Under the pieces are notes generated by a model, which searched no databases, had not been told where the DNA came from, and worked only from the letters and a program-made list of their open reading frames with translations. Position numbers and translations under genes: made by a program. From the NCBI GenBank assembly GCA_012295275.1, contig CM022665.1, positions 21,018,001-21,082,000 on the forward strand: DNA of 64,000 bases, in the 5' to 3' direction. Positions within the stretch are counted from its first letter, which is position 1. Each line of letters opens with the position of its first letter. Shown here piece by piece: positions 52,611 through 64,000 of this stretch. This DNA comes from Chrysomallon squamiferum (taxonomy: Eukaryota; Animalia; Mollusca).

Positions 52611-55600
52611 TAAAGTACTGCAGCATAAACTAAATAGGTTAGCCATTGTTTTGTCGTCTTCATGTGGATGAAGAATCAGATTACATGTAACAGTGACACT
52701 TGCTTTTAGAGGTTAACTGTTTCTACAAAATAAAATAATTATCTCAGTCTTCCGGCTTGTTTTTGTAAACATACTTGATGGATCACCAACAGGGAAGAAA
52801 ATAAGTAAAGCAGGTTTAGGTTCTCACTGTAATAAGATTTTCAGTTAAATCTCTCTCTTGTTTGATGTGTAAAAGTTGTTAGTTGGAGATAATTATGATA
52901 TAAATAACTGGTAACAGATAACAACAGAAAAATGATAATACAGAATATAGTGAGATAAATGTGTGAGATAACTGGTAATATAGAATACAGTATAAGACAT
53001 AGTATGGGCCCACTTGTTCGTAACTGATATGTTGATAAATAATCAAATGACTGTACAAAGTTAGCTGAATTAATTTTGTTAAAATTTTCAAATGGCTTCA
53101 CAAAATTTTTACATGTTTGAATTAATTTTGTTAAAATTTGCTTTCAGATGTATTCACACATTAAACTGTTTATGTAATGATAACACAAGTTGTTAAACAT
53201 TCAGACAAAAACTGTAAACAGTCATAATCTCTTACACAACAAATCAAAACAAGCTTAACTTGTTTACTGTTTTCATGATACTTGAACCCTAGGTGTCCTG
53301 TGGGATGTTCATATGACTCTGTTGTAACTGGGTGATCAGCTGATTTGAAACATTCTCACATAAACCTGCACACATTAATAAATCTATTTTTTTCATTTAA
53401 CAGCTTTCTTTGACATGGCGGTATTATTATTACTATTATTATTATTATTCATTTTATTTAGTTAATTTAATTTATTTTAATTTAATTTAATTTAATTTAA
53501 TTCAATTCTGTTTTGTATTTTTATTTGTATTTGTTTTAGTTATTATTACATTATATTAAAATAAAAGACTGCCTGACAGAAGAACACTACAGCAAATTTT
53601 TTTAAAAAAAATTAAATAAATAATAAAAAATTTAATTTAATTAAAAAAAAATAAAAAAAAAATAAAAATAACCAAAAACAACAAAACAAAATAAGAAAAG
53701 TGAACTGAAGTTTAGGCCTACCAAATGTTTGTAGGCTATTTGCTCATGCAACCTGATGTACAGAAGCACAATCATTTGACTAAGAAAGAAGGCATATTTA
53801 TAAAATTTTCAAACTGGCTTTTTTCCAAAACTTAAATTATCTTAATATATCAAAATACTTTTAATGTAACAGGGTAAGGTACAGGTCACATGAGTTAACT
53901 AACATCAAGGCATGTAATACAAATGTTTCAGACCATGTGTAGTAAAACAGTCTACTCTTTGATATTTTAATTCAATTTCATTCAAGTTTCTTCAGTGTCT
54001 GAAGTAAATAATCTTTCTTTATGTTAATAATCTCACATAATTATGTGACCAGTCACATTGAAACAGGTCTTAAGTCATGGCCTTTTATTGAGCTTTTGCT
54101 AATAATAGTGGAGTGACACAAAATATTTGATTCTGATGTTTAGTTTTAAAAAAAAGTACCTCTTTATTGTTAGTTATTAGTGTCTCCACATGCTAACTTA
54201 CATCTGTTCAGAAATACAGTACCTCTTATTTGTTTCATTTAGCAACAACATAATACCATATTCAATATCAGCCATATCTCACCAGATACTCGACCTTTAT
54301 ACAAATTGTTATCTCTGCTTGATTGTTCTTCTGTTTTGTGTGCAATCTCTGATACTATTTCATAAATTCTGATAGTAACTAGATTGTTAGAGGCTATCTT
54401 TGTGTATAGATCAGTATAATGAAATATCGGGGATATATTGCATGTCTCTGTTGGGCTTACAGAATGTTTGATAGGTCACTGAATTAATCTATGTAGGTTA
54501 TTTGTAATATCAACAACAGCTACATGATCTATCAAAAAGTAGTGATGTCGGGGGGGGGGTTCAGAAGTTTATGAGAAGGTACATATACATCATTACTTTC
54601 CTGCTAATTGTTAATAATTGTCGATGGAGTCTTAAGAGCAGATTTCCTCTGTCTGTATCATCTACTAAGACAATGGCTAATACTTAGTAACCATCAGTAT
54701 TAAAATATTCTTTTATTCAAGTCGTCTGTTAATGTTTGTTTTAATTTTTTTTTTTTTTTTTTTTTTTTTATATCATATTCGATACAAGCATGCCTCAGTA
54801 TCTATCATCTTCAGCATTTCTAAATTTCTCATCATATTCAGATTATTATGCAAGTCATGTCTGAGTCTAACTTCCATATTATTTAATAGAAATAATTACC
54901 ATGGGCAGGTTCAAGCCAGTTTGATAATAATAATAGTTAATTATAATAATTTTTTTCAGTTCATGTTATTATATGAATAATTACATAATACAGCAGTGTG
55001 GGCTCATTTTAATAATAGGGCAACTGAGAAAATAATGTTTTGATGATAATTATGTTTATTATGAACTATTTTGGAATCAGTTTCCTTTCCTTCTCATTTT
55101 TTCTCTTCTGTTATTTTATTTTTATGTGAATATTTGACAAAATCCAGTATTTTAATGTCACTTCTGTATATTGCTGTATTTGTATTAAAGGTGTTAGGTA
55201 TCAGATTTATTATATGCTGATTATATTTAAGAGAAGGAACATAAAACAGTGCTTCCTTAGCTTCTTTCACCCAGAAAGTCTTCTAACTTTTTTTATACTT
55301 TGATATAAACAAGAAATTGTTTAAAATAGTATTTGATGGATCAGGAGTCATTGGCTGAAATAGGAAAAAGTTAGTGGGTGCAACCATTGAGGATTGATCC
55401 TGCAATCTAGTATGTCTTGTATGAGTTCTCTAACCACTTGCCTATTGAACATATTAATTTCATTTTCAGTGAAATAGCATTAAACTGTCATTAAAAGTAA
55501 TTATTCCTTTTTTTTTTTTCTTTTTTTCTTTATTTATTTATTTATTTATTTATTATTATCATTATTATTATTATTATGTTTTCAATGATATAAATCATCT

Positions 55601-56483
55601 TGTGTTATTGTTTCTGTAGCAGTTACTCACATTCCCGTATCTGTATCTTTTCAATATTTCTTTCATTCTGTACAAGTTGCTATTCCAAGGATAACAATAT
55701 TTCTTTCACTAACCTGTCAGTTCAGAGAGGATTATTTTCTCTCATTGTCTGTGACTTTCACCTTGTTTGTCTCGTATTTTGTTAGTCTTGGCTGGAAACT
55801 TAAAAAAATATGCCTGTCTCTTGCAGACATACCAAAAACTTTGAAGCATAAAAGATGGAGGTGGCAAAAATAGAAACATAAACAAAAAACTGATTATGAT
55901 TATGATAATAACAAGAAACTAATAATAATAATAATGTAACATTTGGAGAAGACAAATATAAAAACACAAAAAATGATTATAATTATACTACAAAAGTAAT
56001 TTAATAAAATTAATAAAAGTGAATGACAACAACAACAATAATAATGAAACTAAAAATAATAATAATAATAATAAAGAATAACATTTAAACAAGGACAAAG
56101 AAACAGGTATAAATTATTTCAACATTTAATAATTTTGTTGTTACAATCACTGTGTTCTTTAAATTGCAGGCAAGTCAGCAAGTCCTCTTCTTTATTCATA
56201 TTCTTTATTTCCGGTTCCAAACAGATCTCTCTGACTAAAATGTTAGGCAGTACAGTAGCATATGTTATCATTGGCAGAAAACAAGTATATAAAAAAAATT
56301 CTTTTTGCTAAACAGTAGAAGATCATAAAAAGTAGTAGCAGTGGATTTGCATTCACATTTTATAATAACTGTCAGTATAAAAATGTAAATTTGCTAAAAT
56401 ATGCTGAGAAATACTGAAGACAGATTACTGAGAAACTTGGAAATGCTATTGAAGAAAGATACTGAAGGATGATTTCTAACAAA

Positions 56484-56518
<35 letters not shown>

Positions 56519-56736
56519 AGTATGTTAATATATATGGAATTGTTATTTGTCTTTTTGTGATGCTGTTTTCAAAGACTGAAATTACATGTAATGAAAAGAT
56601 TAAACTGAAATACAAATATGTGTAAAAGAATGTATGTTAATGTATGTGGAAATATTTTTCTTTTTGTGATTGATATTTTAAAGTCTGAAAAGGCATATAA
56701 TGAAAGGACTAAATTGATAAAATTTTGTATTTTCAG

Positions 56737-56852
56737 AGGAAAGGAAGTTGGAAATGGATGAGAAACCACTGTGGGTTCAGCTGAACTGGGGCAAAGATGT
56801 ACGTGAAGGAAGATTTCTTCTCAAGAGAGAGGATGAAAAAACAGCAAAAGGA
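56737..56852 (+). CDS. AFDN: Afadin exon 3 (end of RA1)
   Basis: EERKLEMDEKPLWVQLNWGKDVREGRFLLKREDEKTAKG resembles human EERRLDIDEKPLVVQLNWNKDDREGRFVLK. Phase 1 to 0. Confidence 0.97.
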
Positions 56853-59800
56853 GTAAGTATTTTAATACTGACAGACTTTACAGCCATGCATCATAAATCA
56901 GCGAATGTACTAGGTTTAGCAAATAAAAAATAACATCAAGAAGAGTACAAGTTTATAACAAATTAAAAACATTCTATAAATGTACAAGTGATTTAAATAA
57001 GACTGTGAAAAAAACAAAGTCATGTAGATGATTATTTTGCTGAATAGAGAAAAATGTATGTTTAAACACCATACCAAAAAGGCTACATTATTTATACTTT
57101 TATTACTGTTAATGGGTGGTAGTTTTCACAGCTCATTACACAGGGACTAAAACTTTCAGCTGAAGCTCGTTAAGGAATAAAAAGTGATCTTTGTAGCCTG
57201 CTCAGTTTGGCTTCATAACAACTGCTGTCCTTTATTCAAATGTCCACAAAGCTGCTTTTGTGAGATAACAGTTTGAATGTACAGGCCTAGGTCAGCTGAG
57301 GGACTAGCTTGTTTGACTGCTGTGTCATTTTCCCCTGTGTCACCTTCCTGACACATTCCACTGATATCACAGAATGCAGCAGTAACTGTTAGTGTAGAGG
57401 TTCATATCAGTCAAACATAAGGGCAGTTCTGTTTGGTATTCAGTGGCAGAGTGGAGTGGACATCTCAGTCTTTAGAACCAAAACGTTTATAAATATTTTC
57501 TTCTTTAAAATTGTATTATAAATGTACTAGTGATTTAAATAAGGCTTTGAATGAGATAAAAATGTGTACAAGACTATCTCAGTGAAACAGATAAATTTAC
57601 AGAAACATATAATTTCAGTAAAAATAGAACTTTACATCAATTTCAAACTCAAGCACCCAGAAATTATCTCCAAGAATGCTTTCCGATAAGCTCCTACTTT
57701 ACCTTTTCTATGGTGCCAGTGCCTGTGGTGCTCATTACCACATAGAGGGTGTACACCTTTAAAACACTATTGCAGGGATAATTATGGGTCCACTGGTCTA
57801 GGTAAATGGTAGATGGGGACAGTTTGATATATCTTTTACAGTAAGGGTTATACAGGTCTGTCTGAAGAGTAGTACAGTCATGTTATATTTAACATTCTAT
57901 GAAAGAGAAACTAAACTATTTGAAAGAAGTTAAGATTTGTTATAAATGGAAAAACATTTCATCAGTTTCACAGAAGTACTCATTAACAAGTAATTTTGAT
58001 TGTTAACAGTTCAGTGATGATATGAGAATAAATCATCCACTGCAGAAACTACTTCATTAACTATTTCCATTTGATTATTATGTTCATTGGCTGCAACCAT
58101 AAGGAACATTTAATATTGATCAGAAATTTGAAAAAGGAATCTATTTTAATTATAGAATTGACAAGGAATTACTAGTTAATGTAACTGTATTATCACAGCC
58201 ACACACTTCAGAAGTGGAACTGATAGACTGTAAAACAAGCATTTAAAGAGACATTTTAAAAAATAAAACAAATATTTGAGTTGTTTTCAAGACCAAGAAC
58301 TTAATTTTTGGAAGTTTATTACAAATTACTTTAACAGATATGAACTGAATCATTTGTAAATTTTCATTTTTAAACTACGAAGCTTAATAGAAAAAGAGAG
58401 AGAGAGAGAGAGAAAAAAAGTAGTAAATAATAAACATTATAAATTTTCTTCTATTTCTGTTGATAAATCCATGAATGGTTTTAGCATTTCATTTTGTTGA
58501 TGTTCTTTCCACAAGGTTAAAAACCTACAGTTTAAATGTACATGTGGAGATCCTAAGGAAAATTATCAAAATATATTAGACCTTGTTTTGTTAGTTTATT
58601 ATTAAAATGTGTCTGAACAAACAACCTAAAAAGATTTTTTACATTTCCAAGTGTTTTTATTTTCGTCTGGAGATGGTTAATGTAAATAATCAAGATAAGT
58701 ACCTCACTGATAAAGCTCCACATCTGTGAGTTCAGCAGGATTATTATTGTTGTTTTTGTTGTTGTTGTTACTAGTGTTATTATTGTTAGTATTCTTAACA
58801 TTATTACATATAATAACATTTATTGTTATTATTAATTATTGTTATTGTTGTTGTTGTTATTGGTAGTAAGAGCCATATTAATATTAGGATTGCTGTTGTT
58901 ATTATTTTACATTTTCACATATGATGGAAAAACACAAATTAAGAAGAAGAAAAAAAAAACCTAGAACAGCTATAAATCTTCATGATCTTATAATAACATT
59001 GCCATAATTTATTACTAGCAAATATTGGCTGTCAATTAATCACTAAGTAGAATGTGTCAGATACAGAATCTATTTATAGTATTATATTTTTAGTACAAGT
59101 TTAGGTACACTTTTAAATTTATTCTCAGTTAAGTATCATGTTCTGACTGCAGTATTTATCAACAAGAATCTGGTGAGGTTTAAATGAAACTTCTGGATCA
59201 CCCAGTGACTAACAGACCCTGTGGTTACAGTTCACTGCACATCACACTTGACTGATGATGTGTGCTGTAGTAGCTGTAGTAGCTGTGTTTGTTCAGCGAT
59301 GTCACCACTTCATTGCTGTTCATAAAGCCACTAGGCCATTTACTTTTTCCAGTTGTCCATGAAGTGGTACTCTGGCTTTGTACAGTTTACAAACAGTGGA
59401 CACTGTTTACTGAAGCATGACCAGAGCAGTTAATCAGCTAATAAACATAAACTCTTCTTCTCATGTGTGACCGCACATTGAATTTGTCAAGTTTTGTTTT
59501 GTTAAAGAAAGAAAAGATTACAGCGCATGTTTTGATAATGATTCAAGTTTCTTTTAACAGAGGTACATTCTGAATTTAAATAAATAATTAAAAAAGTAAA
59601 CTAAATAAATACATAAATAAATAAATTAAAATTACAATAAATAAAAGTGAAAATAATAATAATAAATAAATTAATTAATAAAAATTAAAAAACAAGATGT
59701 GAAGAAAGAAAAGATCCTAATTCTCTGTGTATAAAAAGCCAGTGTTAACATTAAATTTTCAAACAATATTTACTTGGTCATTTAAGAAATGAACATTGAT

Positions 59801-60589
59801 TTATCCTTGTTTGAATTATCCTTGGTCAGGTTACATATTACTTTAATTAGTTTTTTCTATTGTTTTCACTGATCCAGTTAAATGCCAGAATATTATCAGC
59901 TTCTGCATAAATACATTTTGTATTACATAATTACTGATTCACTGCAATGCGAGATACTATTTTCTTCTGCAACAATACATTTTAGTCATTAAAATTAACT
60001 ATGCTGTAGTGAAAAGGTTAAGAAACTGAAAAGTATCCAATACGGAAATGTATTACATTTCTCAATCATGATATGTGATATAGTAAGGAAAGGCTGCATT
60101 TTGATTGAACGTTTGTTCCGTTTGATTCATGCACCTGTCATGAAAGAATGTAATTTAACTATTTCATAAATATTTGTTATTAATCAGCCTGCATTATTAA
60201 TCACACCAAGGGATTACATATGTTAAGTGATTTTTGAAAAGAATAATTGTAAATATCAACTGTTATTTTTAGAATTTTGCTGTTTTATAATTTAATAATA
60301 ATCTGCATTATTTAAAAAATAGAAATAATAAGAGTGTTTATGTTTAAAGAGAGTGAAGTTAAGATTGTATAAAAAATGAATACACAGTGTTTTAAGACTG
60401 ATGTTTACAACGTATCAGAGACATACAAGACAAATGTTGTCTATGTTGTAAAAAGTCATATGGTAGCCGTTAAAAGTGAGACTTGTACTGCTTATTCTGT
60501 GTCTGTTTCTAATCAGGTTTTTAAAAGATAACAGGTAAGTTTGATCTCATTTCTTTATCACTTGATCAGTCAAAGGGTCAGGCCATTAA

Positions 60590-61010
60590 CCTAACTGTTC
60601 ATTCATCTGTGGGTGTGTAGTTAGTCCATTCTTTTGTTCTTTTTGGAATGGACTGATTTGATGATCTCTGCCATGATCTGTACTTATATCCAGGACACCC
60701 TTCAGATCATGTTGATCCAGTCACCTTCAGTGAATCTACAGGGTTTACTTTTATAACTCCTTATTCATCTGTTATCTGTATGTTGGTCTGTCCTTTTATT
60801 TTTGATATGATCTGTACTTATTCAAGCCACATCAGGCCACATCTATACAGTGTCTTTCTGATGGTATATTCATCTGTTAGTTTATATGTTAGTCTGCTCT
60901 TTTGCTCTTTGTGTAATTGGCTGAATTAATGATCTCTTCTAATTTGGTTACATGATCATTACTTATTTAATACATCCATCAGATCATGATGATCCACTGT
61001 CATTCTAATG
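60590..61010. repeat. Degenerate tandem repeat, about 3 copies
   Basis: attcatctgt...gatctgtacttat...cagatcatg..gatcca recurs. Confidence 0.65.
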
Positions 61011-61115
61011 GTGTGTGAGATACTGTAGAAGAAATGTTCTGTATGTAGGAAAATATATTAATGTGAAAGCTTTTCTGTCTTAATGTGAATGCTAATTAAA
61101 GACTATTTGTATTAA

Positions 61116-61365
61116 CCCTTTTGGTGCCATCAAAAGATATCTTGGCTTGCTTGAAGACTGATACGGGTAAGAAATGTCTGTTGGTGAGATATATTGACAT
61201 AATTCACTATGCAGAAAAAGTACGCTAATTGAAGACTGTTTGTGTTAACTCTTTTGATGCCATTGGCCATATATCTTGACATAATCCACTAGTTTTATAT
61301 ATACTATGTATTAAAAAAAATAGCTAATTGTCCCCAAAATACCTGTATATATTGCACTGAAAGGG
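61116..61365. mobile_element. TTAA-flanked piggyBac-like MITE
   Basis: ttaa|CCCTTTTGGTGC ... GCACTGAAAGGG|ttaa; TTAA on both sides. Confidence 0.7.
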
Positions 61366-61619
61366 TTAAAAACAATTTGCCTCTAAGTAATAAAGAGTAT
61401 AATGACAGAAGCATCTTTATGGATAGTTATCGTTACTAACAAACTGTTGGTTGAATACATTCAGATGGCATTAAACAAATACTCATTTAGCCATTTGTAA
61501 TACTAATGGCTAGTAACATACACTGAAATGTTGTTAATCAGAGGTTCATTCATTATTCATTTATTAACTTGTAATAATGCAGTAGCCGTTGATATTAAAA
61601 TATGTTCAGATTTTATTAA

Positions 61620-61825
61620 CCCTTTCACTGTATAATTAAATATGTGGCAAAATCAACATAAATGGCAGCACAAATTGGCTGATACCATCTTTGTCAGCCT
61701 TGGGATGTATCAATTTCATGAAGTATAAATGATAATTTTTTTACTATTATTATTATTATTTTAAGGCTGTTGGATAAATCAACTTTCTGCAGTTAATGGT
61801 AATGAAATTTATTGCAAGGAAAGGA
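61620..61825. mobile_element. Second, more degenerate TTAA-flanked MITE-like element
   Basis: ttaa|CCCTTTCACTG ... GCAAGGAAAGGA|ttaa. Confidence 0.45.
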
Positions 61826-61892
61826 TTAAATATATGTTAATTAATAGATTTGTTTATTGATTCTTTTTATTTCATTCTTTTTTACCTTGCAG

Positions 61893-62181
61893 GCTACAGG
61901 AGACTGGAACACAGTGGAAGGTCAGGAGAACCAGTCCGGTTTCAAACGAAAGCTGTCCAAGAGAGAAAAGAAAGAAAAGAAGAAACGAGAGAAGGAAAAG
62001 AACAAAGAAAATGTGGACAAGGGTGGAGACAGTGTTGCAGAGAAGTTGTACAACGACTTGCCAGAGACAAGTTTCACAAGGAGCATCTCCAACCCAGAGG
62101 CCGTCATGCGTCGCCGGCGGCAACAGAAACTTGACAAGAAGCTAGAACAGATGCGAGGGCAGGAAGGCAATCAGGAGTCAG
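61893..62181 (+). CDS. AFDN: Afadin exon 4 (RA1-RA2 linker); gene continues beyond the window
   Basis: FKRKLSKREKKEKKKREKE...VAEKLYNDLPETSFTRSISNPEAVMRRRRQQKLDKKLEQM matches the afadin/canoe linker; ttgcag acceptor, G|gtgaga donor. Confidence 0.96.
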
Positions 62182-62182
62182 G

Positions 62183-62362
62183 TGAGAAAGGGTTAATTAT
62201 TAGAGGGAATAACAGGTTAATCATTAGAGGGAATAATGGGTTATTATTACAGGGAATAATGGGTTATTATTACAGGAAATAAAGGGTTAATTATTACAGG
62301 GAATATAATGTTAATTATTACAGGTGAGAAGGGTTAATTATTAAAAGGAACAGAGAGTTAAT
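62183..62362. repeat. ~23-bp minisatellite (agggttaattattacagggaat) abutting the exon-4 donor
   Basis: About 7 copies. Confidence 0.9.
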
Positions 62363-62644
62363 TTCTATTTTCACTTTTTATTTGTTTTTTCTTCAGGTAT
62401 ACAAACCTAGTACTGTTGTCATTATTGTTATTATTATTATTATTCAGAGGGTGATGGAATGTTACTGCTATTTAATTATTGATTGTTAAATTAAATTATT
62501 CTAGACATGTTAACCTATGATATGTTAGAAAACAGATTTCAGTGGTTGTTACTTGAAACTGTTTCAGGTCAACTCTTACTAAGTAAGTTCACCATGCATG
62601 ATACTTTTTCTGTACTCTCTACCAGATTCCACTCCTGACTGATT

Positions 62645-62925
62645 TCAGTTTTCATGCTTGACTGATTCATGTCTTTGTACTTGATTGGTTCTAGTTTTCA
62701 CGTTCAATTTATATTTTCAAATTGTCACGCTTGATTGTTTCCATTTTCAAGTTTGATTCAAAAAGTCATGCTTGATTGATTCTATTTTCAAGTCTGATTC
62801 AAAAAGTCATGCTTGATTGATTCCATTTTCAAGTTTGATTCATAAAGGCATGCTTCACTGATTCATATTTCAAGTTTGATTTATTACATTTTCAAGATTG
62901 ATCAGTTTTCATCTGACTTGATTTT
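62645..62925. repeat. ~41-bp minisatellite (catgcttgattgattccattttcaagtttgattcaaaaagt)
   Basis: 4-5 copies. Confidence 0.88.
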
Positions 62926-63701
62926 TTTTTTAATTCTTAATGGATTGAATCCTTCCATATTATGTTTTAAATTGATTCTAATGCCCTATTTAGTCAAAGT
63001 TATTGCTTCATTGATTGCATCATAGATGAATAATTCACAGTTCTTTCATGTGCTAATTGATTCCTGTTCTTGTTTTACTCAAGCCACTGTTGTTTGGCAG
63101 TTCTGTTTGCAGTGTAACTGGCATGATGTACACTAAACATACATAAGACAGCAAACACACAATGCTGTCTTGGAATGCAACATGCAAATGTCAGGCATGT
63201 CCACTCCCCACCCTTCCTGTGCAATCACAGACACGTTTTAAGTTTAACTGTTTAACTTATTTTTATATAACCCATCTTGAAGTTTTTAATACTGAAATAT
63301 CCAGAAATCTGAATGTAAACAACACAAAGAACAGGCTGAGAATGAATGGAGTTTTTAATGGTCATATATTGGTGCTTCAATTTCAGTCAAAAGAAAATTG
63401 AAATTAGTTTAAATATTTCAGAATATAATTATAACCAATATCTTTTCCTCTCTCTAATCACATTATTGTTACATTCTCATATAAAGTCTGCTTTTTAAAG
63501 TGTACCTTAATACTAATGTTAGTTTTATATTGCTTTGAGTATTTTATTTCTGAAATCAGGAATGTTGATGTTTGTGATGCTGTACTAACTATCATCATCA
63601 TCATCATCATAATCTCCATAACTACCAGGAAAACAATTATTAGTAAATAGCTTCTCATCTTAATATTTAAATTTAATAACAGTATACACAGATACATAAT
63701 C

Positions 63702-63738
<37 letters not shown>

Positions 63739-64000
63739 ATTAACTACCACCAACAGTGTAAACATTGTAACTGTTTTTTTTAAATGAAATATATCTTGTT
63801 ATGATCTCTGTAGAGAGGTTTCTAGTTAAGTCTCATAATGTGCCAAACACTACTTATAAAAGAACTGAAAATTAAAAATTTAAATGTTCATTCTAAAAAG
63901 ATTTTGATTGATACTGGAGTAGGATACATTTGTACAGATTTCTAGTCACAGAAATGAAATGAATATTTTGTTATAAATAATTTTTGCAGTTGTCTAGTGT

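Overview
AT-rich, microsatellite-dense animal genomic DNA with spliceosomal introns; probably a mollusc, though this is inferred and not provable here. It is not prokaryotic, and most of the ORF track is microsatellite noise. Three protein-coding genes can be reconstructed by hand with GT-AG junctions and consistent phases. (1) A complete 9-exon LDLRAP1/ARH-like PTB endocytic adaptor (+, 11575..19587, 316 aa). (2) A 3-exon, ~1433-aa putatively secreted protein (-, 31931..27055) with a signal peptide, a coiled coil and an NHL-like beta-propeller apparently split in half by a ~950-aa mucin-like, polybasic insertion; this is the most unusual object in the window. (3) The first four coding exons of afadin/AF-6/canoe (+, 35177..62181, continuing past the window). 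A possible short first coding exon of an unidentified minus-strand gene lies at 933..1023. Mobile and repeat content includes an internally deleted Tigger/pogo transposon, TTAA-flanked piggyBac-like MITEs, a tRNA-Arg-like SINE, local duplications and many mini- and microsatellites. CpG density alternates sharply between gene bodies and other regions.
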